A stretch of DNA of 49,656 nucleotides from Dimorphilus gyrociliatus (taxonomy: Eukaryota > Animalia > Annelida). The position numbers were made by a program, and so were the translations under genes. This document shows, in pieces, positions 23,003 to 35,700 of the stretch (position 1 is the stretch's first letter; each line of letters begins with the position of its first letter). Under the pieces are notes generated by a model. That model had not been told where the DNA came from. It did no database searches and saw only the letters and a program-made list of their open reading frames with translations. The stretch spans positions 196,187-245,842 of the forward strand of contig CAJFCJ010000044.1 in assembly GCA_904063045.1 (NCBI GenBank), given 5' to 3'.

Positions 23003-26000
23003 TTATTTCTTTCCAAAAAATCTTATTTGCTCTTCAATTCCAGAAGGCTTAAATCTTGATATTTGATCATGATATACTCTCTTATAGATTTCTATAATCT
23101 GCTTAAGCCATGCGAAAATTGCAGCTCCTGCTCTACTAGCGTTTGTCACTAGTTTTAAATCAACTGAAGATAATATCTCATCAGCTCTTAGTATAATACC
23201 AGGATGAATTTTCAATATATTTAGTTCATCTATCTTTTTTAGTATTGACATAGAAGAAATAAATTTAATATAAAGCTGACATTCCTTCCAATCTTTAGAT
23301 TCTGCTTCAGATATTGACAAAACCAGTAGTACTGCTTGTATAACTGTATGTACAACATCTGGTAGAGGATTTAAATTATGCAATTCAGTGATAAGTCTTT
23401 CTTCTAATTTTAATATTCTCAATTTTAACATTTCAATCTGTTTCAAATTTTCCATTAGTTCATTAGCTGTAAGTAATTCATTTCTCAATTGATGACAATA
23501 TGGTTCCTCCGATGCTAACTGTATAACAGGTATCATTCTTTTGTAGTCTTGATCTTCTATTGCTTTGTTTAATTCTATCACAAAGAATAATTAATGAAAT
23601 AAGACAATGTAATATGAGAAAACATAGAAAACATACTTTTTTTTATAAAGCTTATATTATATGCTTCATTTTTCGTATCTCTCTTTTCTGCAACAGCCGC
23701 TTCTGCGCCTCTTTCTTGACTTTCTTCCGGTTTTCTCTCCTCGTTATTTCCATTTTCATTATCGCCCTCTTTTTTTGCTTCTGGTTTCTCTTCAACTTCT
23801 CCTTCTTCTCCTTTGTCTCTTTTTTCTCCATCTCTTTCTTTTTCGTTTTCTTCATTATTATGAAGTCTATTCTCCCAATCGAGTTCCATTGGCTAAAAAA
23901 AACAGAATAATAGTAGTTTTCTACTATGTTAGCAATAATTAATTATACGTTACTTACATTTATCTTTTCTTGACTATCTTCTGTTGCTTTGATCAGATCT
24001 TCATTAATAAATTCACTCATGTAAACATGCTTCTCCAATTCCAATAACCAATTAATCTGCTCAATTCTTACCTCATTAGTATCCATTTTTGCGTCATTAT
24101 TAACTGCTATTAACTCTTCCTTCCGTTCTCCAGATTCATCTTCGATTCTTGGCTGTTCAGAAACTTTGTACCTTAAAATTTCAGTGAAGAATTTTGCACG
24201 TTCGCGTAATTTAATTTCTATTATTAAATCGTCTGTTTGATTGCCAGTATCAACATTAGTAGTCCAAACATCATTTTCGCACGTAAAGTTGATTATATCA
24301 TCATCTCTATCATTGTTATCGTCACATGCATCACCATCACCACTTCCACTGTTTTCATCGTCATTATTAGTATTGTCTCTGCGTCGATTACGTCGACAAA
24401 TCATTTTCTGACACTGAATTCCTGTAATTTGGAATTGTACAGATTCGTCGCAATGAAGATTCCTCAGTGGTTCGATGATCCTATGAGTTTCGCTGATTCT
24501 CCATTTATCGGTTATTTGTGGAAAACTAATTACATTATTAGCTGCTTGAATCACATCAAAGTAGCAAATATAGATTAATTTGTAACTTTTCCTAGAATTC
24601 AATTTTTTTCCATAGATGAAACATTTAAACATTCCCTTATATGGAAAATTTAGAAAAAATTTAACACTGTTCAGAGAATTTTCAATGAATGCATATTGGC
24701 TGCAATCAATCTCCTCTTCATTGTCGGTAAATGAAAGTAATTTAATCTTAAATTGACAAGCTTTACTCTTATTAAATTTAAAGTTTATGGATTCTCTGCA
24801 TTGTTGATAGGATTGGAAATTTTGGTCAACAACCAACCCTAATCTAAGGAATGCAGTCCTCTTGCCAATTGTTATCCTATCATTCTTAGGGAAAATGACT
24901 GTGTTCGTTGGTGTTTGAGTGCACACAGCGATGTAAGAACACAAAGACGGGTAGTCATTCGGTTCGTCTTTTTCACAAAAGTTGAAGCAGAGACAACTGC
25001 AACAATATTTAGGTCTTCTACTTTCTGCATAAATATTGATACCATACTCTCCACAATCCGGAAAATAGAATTTGACAAGTCCACGCCTGTGTTCGAATGT
25101 TGAGATGCAATACTTTCTCAATGATTCGGAAGTGTACCCACAGCTTGTAATGACAACATAGATGTCAAACTCATCGTCATCTGCTTCAAAGCGAATTTCA
25201 GTAAAACTATCAGAAGTATAATACATTCCTAATTCAGGAGTCATTTTTATAAAATTCAACTTAGTAGTTCGATAATTTGGCCCAAGTTCCTTTTGATGAA
25301 CATGTGGGAAAGGATCAACGTTTATATTTTCGTATTTTGTAAAATTGATAGCATATTCCAAACAATTAAGGTATGTCATTTTTTCTTTGTATCTATTAGC
25401 AAACAATTGAAGCTTATATCTGGCAGATTGTGGAAGTCTGAGTCGTATAATTAATAAATGTCTCTGTTTGTCTTGAAACATTGCGATAAACTTTTGCGAG
25501 TCAACATTTCCCGTTTGTACCCTATCATTGACTTCAGACGTTAGCCAAGTTCTATTATCTATTAAGAGTTCATTCCAAAAGAATACTGGAAGACTCTCGT
25601 TTGTCTGTATGATAATTTCATTTTTTATGGAATTAGCTATGATTTTACCTTTTGGGTGAGAGACAATGCCAAGGCGCAAACTGAAGAAATTTTGTGAAAG
25701 ATTGACTTGATCTCTGAATTCTAGATTGCTAACTTCTCTAGCCAGTAACTCGTGTTTAGCATTTGTTGGCAAATGACTGTAAATCATTTCTTCAGGATTC
25801 GTTAGGAAATAGAAATCGTTGTATTTATATGTAAGTGTTCGTTCATAAACTTTTGTTTCGAAAAACTTCAGAAGTGGGGAATATACCCTTTCATTTGCAT
25901 TTACTGAACGGGAGGCAAACCTTACATTACAAAGAAACCATAGATTGTTTAGACGGACAGCATTCCAAGAGCCTCGCAAATCATCAGTCAATTCTTCTCC

Positions 26001-26633
26001 AAAATCAAATTGCTCGTGTTTCTGATGACCTTTGATCTCTATACAATCTATATTTGCGTGAACACAAATCCAGCATAGTACTTCAGAGTGCGACATTTGA
26101 CCTCTATGTATTTGGTACATTAAATATCTAATTTCGTTCACTTTCACATCGCTATAGTTAATAGAATGAAGATTTAAAGATGCAAACCAACGAAAGAGTA
26201 CTCTAAACTTTTCTATCTCATCATTTCTATATCTTCTTGTTAAACTAGCTACAGCGTCACTTGGTGTCTTTGATAGAAAACATGATGATTTCTTTGATAA
26301 AGCAAATTTATCTATTTTCGTAAAATCATAGTTACGCAGTATTTCCTCTTTTGTGAATGGATTTGGGTAAATAAGTGTTGGAGGTAAAGGTATTCCCCTA
26401 CGTTGAACCATTTGGTACCATTCAATGTTTGCCATTCGAAGTTTAGTATTAGTTGGAAAGCCCATATCTTGAAATTCTCTCAATAGATCATCTTGAACAA
26501 TTTCAAGTTGCCTTTGAATTTCTAAAGAGTTTGAAAAGAAAAATAAAAAAAAATTAAAACATTAAAATTGAATTGACAAACCAGCCATATTGTAAATTGG
26601 AACAACAGAATTTGTTGAGCAGCAAATCCCCAT
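23003..26633 (-). CDS. Hillarin/kyphoscoliosis-peptidase-like protein (transglutaminase-like fold, KY Ig-like repeats, C-terminal helical domain), ~1147 aa
   Basis: Exons 26633-26582, 26521-23958, 23892-23637 and 23574-23003 splice in frame (3444 nt). Motifs CVHANIDCIEIKG, SWNAVRLNNLW, DFYFLTNPEEMIYSHLP. C-terminal PDVVHTVIQAVLLVL...SRAGAAIFAW. N-terminus MGICCS. Confidence 0.88.
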
Positions 26634-27055
26634 CTTTGCTTATGATTGATTCTCTGAGACTTTACACCGAAATACCAGGCTACATTGTGCGTTGAAGCTT
26701 TTATACTAATTCTCAGTTTCCTTAGTTGCAGAGACACAACACTAATATATTTTGTTTTCTATTTTTAGCAAACAACCTCAAAAGTAGAAGACTTATTTAC
26801 TTTTGCATTCGTGTTGAAATGGGAAGAACTAAATTTGCTTCCTATCTCATTTTGGAGAAATATGAAAATATTTTTTTCAATTGTGACAAGCTAAATGTAT
26901 TGAGTTGAATCCATTTTGCTTTTAAACTAAACCTTCTTTTGACTAATTTAAGTGTTTTTCTTTTGTTTATGTAGACATAAAACCAATTAGACTACGCTTA
27001 TGGGGGTTAGGGGACAGCTCTGCGTTCGCAGTCTTTTATTCTATTAGTGTTCAAC

Positions 27056-27150
27056 GGATATGACAGAAAATGTTGATGAATTTAAAGTTTTAACTCAACC
27101 CCAACACTAATTCTTAATTCAGAACCTAATTCAACCTAAAACTTTATACA
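27056..27150. mobile_element. Degenerate inverted copy of the GGTTAG-containing MITE family
   Basis: ggatatgacagaaaat resembles the 16.2-16.45 kb TIR and is followed by aactcaacccc/aacctaa motifs. Confidence 0.45.
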
Positions 27151-27559
27151 AATCACAATCTTTCCCAAAAATGCAAGTTTTCTATTGAAAACTTATGTTA
27201 ACTATTATTTAATTATTCTTTTACGAGTATTAACCATATTGTTACAAAATCAATAATCTTCTATATGACTAAATCTTAATCCTACAATATATGTCATGGC
27301 TCTTTTACAAAAGAACAGAAAAACTGGCTTAAATTTATTGACGTTTTACTGCAAGCACTATTTTTGAGATCTTATCGTCCATTTTAGAATAGGATGATTT
27401 ATCCTTTTTCTAGGCAGATATTTAAAAAATATCCACATTCCATTCAAAAAAAGAATATAAATGGGCCATAAGGTTACTGCACCAATTTTATTGAATCTGA
27501 TTTTGCACCTCAGGAACTATGTCATCAAATTTCCACATATTATCTTCTTCTCACAGAAT

Positions 27560-28560
27560 TTAACAACAGCTTCATATAGGTTTTGGTTAACAGGGGAATG
27601 CTTATCATTTGTACATTCGAGTGTTGAAAGAAAGTTCATTAACAGAGTATTTAAAAGTTTAAATACTCTAATTTCTACAATACTCTTTATTTAAATTATA
27701 ACAACCGACATTGATACATTCCAAAGTATTTGACGATGGTAATTGTGCTTCAAAAAGTTTTGGCCAAAAACTTCCAATTTCTCAATTTCCAAAAACGTTA
27801 ATTGTTTCTGTTCTAGAACAGTTTTTCAATAGACTTTCCTTTTTAGCTTGGTAATGCCTCTCTGGCGTTACAGCTATCTTTCTTTCCTTCTCCGTCTGCT
27901 TCTCTACCAATTCTATGTCGTCTCTTTCATTTTCACTTTCCCATTTATTTCTTTTTCTCTTTCGTGAGGAAGTGCTTCTTTCGCTGGAGCAGCTACTTCT
28001 TAGTCTTGTACCATACTTCTCAGACATGCCATAAAAATGGCAATAATAATTATAAAGATTTTGTTTTTTGATATGACAAAATAAAACTTCGGATTTGATT
28101 AAGAAATGATGAAGTAATTTCAAATGTTACTTTTCCAAAAATTCTTCGCTGTTTACCATCTCCTTATTAGTTCTTCTATCAGGTGTCTTCATTGCCAAAC
28201 ATTTTTACTCTTTTCCTATGTTTAATCTAATATTTAAGACAGAAAAAAATAGAATAATGTTCGGCCTATCAAAATTTATGGTGTTCCAATTTTTATGCGG
28301 ACTACTTTATAGAAATAAATATGAATGATATAATAATAAAGGTTAATATTCCTTGAAATGCAATTTTTATGATAATTGAATTGATGAAAGCAGATTGAGC
28401 ATTTCATTGTGAATTTTCTTCCAAATACTCTGTATTCACACATTTGACAGTAGGGGACAGTGGGTGCTTTAAAGAATTTCTACTTCCTTTAATTTAACTC
28501 TATTTAAGCTTTTACTGTCTAGATAAATATTCAGTGTTGTGAAAGCGTTTTACATTGTGT
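27560..28560 (-). pseudogene. Degenerate gene: C1-like/Cys-rich fragment(s), basic linker, then 57-aa-family LRR unit
   Basis: PYCQMCEYRVFGRKFTMKCSICFHQFNYHKNC (~28340-28470). SRKRKRNK linker. LLKNCSRTETINVFGN*EIG...LPSSNTLECINVGCYNLNKEYC (~27670-27830). Multiple stops. Confidence 0.55.
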
Positions 28561-28644
28561 GTATAGACAAATTTCACAGATTTTTTGTTGAATAATCATT
28601 TCCAAGGTATACTATGGCTTGTATTAAATTTATGTCAATAATAA

Positions 28645-31541
28645 TTAATCACATCGATTTTCATCAGCTTCAAACTTAAAATATATATCGAATGCCATAC
28701 TATTCGTTTTTCCAGCATATATCTTCTTTAAAAAGCAGATTTTCTCGGCCTTTCGAAATTCAAATGCTCTGAAAAAGTTTTCGCTAATTGAAAAATCTGA
28801 ACAGAAAGAGTTAAAAAATAGTCGATATACCTGCATAAAACCTCGGTTGAACATACTTCAAGACATTCTTCAACATTAGTAACATTCTTAAAATGTTGTC
28901 CCCAAATAAAAGAACCATATGGATTGTTAGGAACCATAGCTGAATTTTCAATAAATTGAAAATTCTGTACTGTTAATTTGAAAGAATTTAATTGTGATAC
29001 GGTTAATATATTTATGTTTACTCTTTTGTGCTTTTACTATCAATCTATGTCCAGCTTTATACTTTTTTCCAGAATAGGCACTTTTTAAGGAACACAGTAA
29101 TGTTTCGCTGTCATATACAATTGCTCTGAAGGAAATTGTTTTATAAATAGTATTCAATAGACTATTCGAAAATTGAATTTTTCAAACTTGCACTCTCCGT
29201 ATCTATTACAAATATCCAGACATATGCTTATGTCTGGAACTTTTTGGTTTGACAATTGCCATACTGAAGGTGTAAAAGGTATATCATCTTTAACAATAGA
29301 ATTATCGTAAAGGTTATATTTTAAATCTGAAGATAGTTTGAAGTGAAATTTAAATGTTTATGATGAAAACCAAGTTTACCTTTTTCTAGTTTAACGTACG
29401 TATTATGGCCGGAAGAAAAGTTTTTGCCAAAAAAGCCACTTTTTAAATTACAAACCATACTTTCAACATTAAACTCAATTGCTCTACGTAAAAGACAAAA
29501 ATACTAAATGATAGTACACTAGTTTTAATAATTCAAACAAACTTGCAAATAATATCTTCGTTGCATTGAAGAAGACAACTTTCAACATTTTCAACTTTTC
29601 GCGAAGATGACGCCCACTTTATAGATGTGAACGGTAGACTGGGAATTGGAATTGAATCTTCAAACAATCTATATTGATATGAAATTTCTGAAGAAATAAA
29701 AATCTGTCAGAACGAAGTAATTGGTAAAAAAGATAATTGTATTTGTACCTTTTTTCACGTATAAACTGCAACCTGGACTCTCCACTTTTCCCATAAAATT
29801 ACTCTTAAAATAACATATATTTGTACTAGAGTAAAACGAAATTGCTCTAAAAGATGCGTATCAGTTAGACGAGACAATATCAAGAAAGTTTAAAGATTTA
29901 CTAACTTGCATAATGTATCAATATTACACATTTGCTGACAGTATTCTAGTGTTGTTCCGTTTAGGAAGGTAGAATTAAAGATTAAAGATTCTAGAGGGAA
30001 ATCTGGAGCTTCTTCAGAATTCTCATAAAGTTTAAATTCGGTGACTGTTTCGAGAAAATATTTCAATTTGTTCTTGAAATGTTTAAACAGATATAGTCGA
30101 TATATTAATTCTCTAAATGTTCCCTTAGTTTCTTCCGAGAAATAGGGCTATGGCTGATTACTACCTTTATGAACTTTAGCATAGACTTGTTTCTGCGGAC
30201 CACTTGAGACTATACCATAAAATGCTCTTTTTAAGTTACATTTCTTATTCGAAGTATCATAATCAACAGCTCTGTAGAATTGTACTCATGTTAAGCATTA
30301 CTAAAGTTAAATTTGGTATTTTATTTACCTGCATCCTTCCTCTTTATCACATACAGTAAGACAAACATAAAGACTTGGAACATAATCAAAATCTGCATTC
30401 CATTCTACTGATTTATAACTTAAACTGGGATCCAATTGTGAATTTTCAAATTTTTCAAATTTATGAAACACTACATATGAAGAATTTTTAAATGGATTAT
30501 ACAACAATACAATAATTTCATGATTCTACCAGAATTTCCCGTTCCGAAATCAGGGGTGAAATACAGAAAAACAAGAATAGAGGTTAATGAATATAACATT
30601 ATTCTGAAGGTAAATATTTAAGCAAAATGACAACCAAGAGGAAATTTCTTGATTATTAATCAATTAAGAACACTCTCAACCTTATCGAAAATTCTTGAAG
30701 CGTTAAAGGAGAGGATGTGAGAAAACGATTTATTGAACAGCGTTGCTTTTCTACAAAGCGTGGAATATGTGTCTGATCGATGTATTCAGCAATTACAGTA
30801 CTGAATATGTTAATCATATTTTTTCGAATCTTAGACTTTGAGAGAAAGAGTTTTTCTTGAGAATAAGCTTTATTTCATTAAATGAACTTAATACTTTAGT
30901 GATATTTCTGTTTCTCTAGAACTTGGTATAAACATTGTTTGACGCAGGAAAGGATAATATCAGTACATTTTCTATATTTTTCTCATAGCAATCATCTACT
31001 ATGTTTAAACAATTGAACGAATTGATTAATTGATTTATTAATTGATTTATTAATTAATCAATTCTACAAGAAGATAGTCTTTTTTTCGAGTAGTTCAAAT
31101 TTGTAAACAGATTTTTAGGTATAAATATCAAACAATGAAAATTGTTCACTCTGTTTCTTTGTTAAGTTTCATTTCATCCTCTAACTGTATAAATAAAAGT
31201 ATAGATTTTCTTTTGTTTTAGATATAATAGAGAATTTCTTCAATATACATATTCATATAGTTTAACTATGCGAATAGCTAATATTTGCATTCACCGAGAA
31301 TGCTACTCGAACGTAATTTAACTATTCACATTATTCTTCTAATCTGTTCAGTTCTACTATAGAATTGATACTTAAAATAATTTTAACATCTAAATATTTT
31401 ATATCAGTTGCAATTGCAGACAAAAAAATTGCGCAATAGTACATATTGCAAATTTATTCGATCCTTAATTCAATCAATCACCCGTATCTCTAGTGTCAGT
31501 AACAGTAGAAGGACACTAAAGTATGAGACACTCACCAGCAT
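28645..31541 (-). CDS. Secreted tandem PAN/Apple-domain protein (at least 5, probably 6 domains)
   Basis: Signal-like first exon MLVSVSYFSVLLLLLTLEIR from 31541. N-half exons ending C-x3-C-x5-C|GT: VCLTVCDKEEGC, YCQQMCNIDTLC, SCLLQCNEDIIC, ICLDICNRYGEC, ECLEVCSTEVLC. These alternate with C-half exons: RAVDYDTSNKKCNLK, RAISFYSSTNICYFK, RAIVYDSETLLCSLK, RAFEFRKAEKICFLK. Stop at 28645. Confidence 0.78.
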
Positions 31542-31725
31542 TTATTAAATCAAAAAGTGTAATGGTTAGCCTCCTTTCAATCTTAGTCTGTGGGTATCTA
31601 CACAAGAATTTTTGTCATCATTTTTTATGACAAACAATTCATAGAAAGTTGAAATTTTTTATGTCTAAATTAAAAATGAGAGTATCATCCATTTACACTC
31701 AACTGCAATCAAAGTGAAACATGAT

Positions 31726-32078
31726 TTATAAGATTTTGTTTTTCGCTTATAGCACGAAATTCCTAAGAATTTCGTATAAATTTTATTTGATATTCTTTTG
31801 GTCTCTCACACCGTTCTATTACATTCACTCCCTTTTATACTTTGTTAGTGTCACTTAATTGGGTGTTTGACTGTGCTCATCTGTATTGCCACATTCATGC
31901 CACGTTCATGCCACGTCGTTATCAACGATGTGGCATAACATCAAGTTGGACTGTCCCGACTCTGGGCTAAGTCAAACTCCCTTCTTAAGTGACGCTCAGA
32001 CACTGACACTCGCACACTAACACACATTCACTCATATCATGTAATGTGAACGGAACGTTAGTATATAACGTTCTGTTT
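31726..32078. mobile_element. Hairpin-ended dispersed repeat, copy C (longest copy)
   Basis: Perfect hairpin acgaaattc-ctaa-gaatttcgt (31754-31775). Internal palindrome 31908-31936. Inverted pair gtcacttaa (31850) / ttaagtgac (31985). Terminal palindrome aacggaacgtta-gtata-taacgttctgtt (32049-32077). Confidence 0.8.
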
Positions 32079-32268
32079 AGGTAGAAAATACAAAAAACAC
32101 AAATCAGTTTGTGTGGATTCAATTGGATATAGGTAGAAAATTAAATTTAAGATTAGGCTTACCAGTTTCACAATAACCAGGTATTTGGTACAATTTAACA
32201 ACAAATATTACCACTTCGGTTTGTTCCAAAGAGGGTATCATATACCAAAACGAAAAGGATGACTTTCA

Positions 32269-32399
32269 GGGATCGACAGAAAACGAACATTGTTAGGAAA
32301 CTTTGTGGTGCAAGTTAAATTTGGGTGTAGAAAAATAAATGAATTTAAACTAAGGGGGTTTGGGTAAAATTTCAATTTCATGGATGTTTTACGATCATC
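32269..32399. mobile_element. Shorter degenerate copy of the GGTTAG-containing MITE family
   Basis: Starts gggatcgacagaaaacg and ends ggtttgggtaaa...ggatgttttacgatcatc, paralleling 16243-16452. Confidence 0.55.
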
Positions 32400-32785
32400 T
32401 ATGATAATCTTCGCTGCTTAGCGAGAAGATTAAATTCTTTAGCCTTATCAGGGCGTCAACAGTATTGTTTTTAGAGTCTGTAGTTTCCTCGTATGGATCT
32501 GATAAACAATTTATATGTAAATAAAGCTATTAAAATTATATTTCATAAAGGTTATTATACCTTTATATTTAAATTAAAAAAAAGGACTTGAATACAGTTT
32601 TTGCAGATTGAAAATAATATTAAAAGTAAATGTTTACAGCAACAAATTTCAAGAGAAATGTCTTCTTTTCAAAGCTGATTAAAAAGTTCAGTCTGTTTTT
32701 AAAGAATGGTAATTAATATCTTAAATATCTGCTTGCTGATAAAGTATATAAATCGTCAAATATAAAATTAGTGACAATTTGAAAA

Positions 32786-35700
32786 ATGTTTCTTTGTCTG
32801 TTGATACTTTTACTCTCTTTTAAATTTAATTACGTTACTAGTAGAAAAGTCTATTCATCAAATGTATTATCTATAAATGTGTTAGAAACAAATCAATTTA
32901 CTATAACAGGAATAATACAAATTCATCATCCTAAAACCAATTTCAATTATTCAATTTCCAGACTATCAAAGCATAAATGGAATGCTAAAAGCTTGTGTAG
33001 AAAATTCAATTTTTTTAGTGGTTATGGTAAAATTCTGACTTATAAAATGAAAAAAATATCTAAAATTGCATATGTAAAAAGAGGGAAATGTTGTAAATAG
33101 TATGTATACATGTATCGATTTTTGGATGTAGGCCTTCCTGTTGTTTTTAAACATTTTTCAATACCTTAATGTTTATAGCTGGATTGCTAAATATAAATTG
33201 ATTTATTCTCTGCGTTGCTACAAGAAAAACGTTGAATGTAAGTCTACTTACTTTCTAATCTTATCAAATACTTATGAAAAGAAATATCTGTTTTGCATTT
33301 ATTCCTCTTTCTCCAACTTTTAGTTTTCTTTGCCTATCATCGCCCAGATAATAAATTCTATAATTTAGCGTTTGTAAGGAGAGATACCATCTACATAGTT
33401 CGAAAGTCGTTGAATGATACTGACAATTCCATATGCAAAACATCAAGATATATACAGCCTGAAATACGTCCATACGAAATTAATGAAAAATCCTTTGCTA
33501 TTGTTAATAAAACTAATTCAAAAGTTTATATAAAAATATCAAATGGCGAAAATAAAAAGACTTTTTCTCCAATTGAATGCGATTATTTTGATCTTAACGG
33601 TCTTATATTTCAATTTTGAAAATTCATTTATTAAATTGTTGCCTAAATTATTTTCATTATTTGATTTCAGATATTCAAATTATTGAAAACAAAGCAAAAA
33701 GAATAGACTATCAAAAGCAAGGTCGCATTAATTATCCAAGATATCAGTGTGTGTCAAAAAGTTTTGGTCAATCATATTGTAGCTTTCAATTCATTTTGCT
33801 TAACGACAATGATGGTAAATTGTCCGAGGAGGATGAACTTATCTTAAATAAATTTATTTGCCAACAAAGGAATATGACATCATTAACTATGAATTATGAA
33901 CACTTTAGTATAGATTCTGTAGCAGAACCTTATTTATTTTCAAATTGTAAAATAGTTATGGGAAGTGTAAAACAATGTATTTTAAGGACAGGAGAGGACA
34001 AAAGTGGAGGAGAGAATGAAGTTGTCTATCTGGCAAATCCTATATGTTTCCATCACCAACGGCAGATGAAAAGTACTTTTAAATATTCGCAAGCAACCTG
34101 CATTCATTCTCTTTTTAGCTTCAAAATTTCAGTTGTTCAGTAAGACATTAGGACACTTGTACTTGAATGATCAGCATAATTATAATAATTTTGTTGGAAT
34201 ATTCCAAATGTTGATAGATGATGTTTGGTTTCATTTTAAAACATTTTCATATCATGAAGTTCAAATAATCTGTAAAAATTTCGGTTTTAATTATGGAACA
34301 ATCGTAAAATACGACCAAACATGCAAACTGAATTATGGATTAAGACTTGAAACTCTTTCGTGCAGTACTTTGGACTTGAATCAATGCAGTTACGTGGTTG
34401 AAAAAAATAAAAGGTCCGTTTTCAAAAGTTCGAAAGTTGAAAAAAATTTTTTCTAATTTTTCAGAAAACGTGACAAACATGTTTTATTTTCTTTAAGTTG
34501 TTCTAAAGAAATTGGTATTAAGTACTTTGCCAAAGTCCTCATAGAAGTAGCTATTCATTTATCGATTGATTGATTGAAAGAAATATAGAAAAAGCTTTTG
34601 GTAATAATAGTTGTAATTGAAAATAAGTCATTGGTAACTAAATGGCTACTTTGATAGTGAACTGCCAATAGATTTCCCTTAACTATCTAAAATGTTTACA
34701 GTAATTGAATGTAATGAAAAAAATGCGATCATAATATATGATACCTGTTATTATATATTTAAACAACAAAACGAATATTCTATTGAAGAAATTTCAAAAA
34801 TATGCCAAAAAAGAAATCTTACTTTAGCCGACTTCATCTTACCTCATGCAAAATTCACTTTCTCCTTTTTTACGACTGTCGAAAGTGGAGTTTTAAAAAA
34901 GACTCCTCTAGGAACATTGGCTTTATATAATAGTAAAATTCCAATTCAAATTCATATCAATATCATTAGCACCTAATGAATTAAATACAATTAGAATTAT
35001 ATGAAAAATTGAATGGGAGACAGGCAGTAGTTAAGGCCACTGCCAGTAATTTTCCTCAAGAGTATCTTCTCAAATCTGACTCTCTTAATAGTGTACATCT
35101 TTTGGCGTATAACCAATCATAAAACTTTAAATTCAGAAATAATTTTTTTCAGAAGAGGGACGCAATTTCGTTTATAAATTATTTTGACATTTACTCATTT
35201 AAAATTGGCGTTAGCAATATTTTAAGTGCTATAAGAGAATGCTACGCATTTGGGATTTCAATAGAAGAGAAAACTTTAAAGGAAGTATCAGTCTCCCCTT
35301 CATATTGCAACCATTTGGATATAAAAAAATTCATTTGTCAGAAATCACCTAGTAAATGTTGATTATTAGTTAATGTCCTTAATGCATTTTAATTTTTATA
35401 ATAATTATCAGTAATCAGAAATTATGCGAAACAACTTTTTTAAAATTTGCTGTTCCTATCTTATTATCCGTACGATTCCTAAAATATCAGTTTTTGCAGC
35501 TTACATTGAGTTATAGCTGTTCAAATACCAATACTTTGTTTTATGGAGTTGACCCTAATTTAATATCCAGTCCCTAACAACATTATCTATACTATTCAAG
35601 TGAGGTCTTGTCAATAAGAACTCTTATAATAATTTACATATTCTCTTTGCCTCTGTCAATCAAAGGCTTTCGAATTCGAATTTTAATACTATCCCAATAT

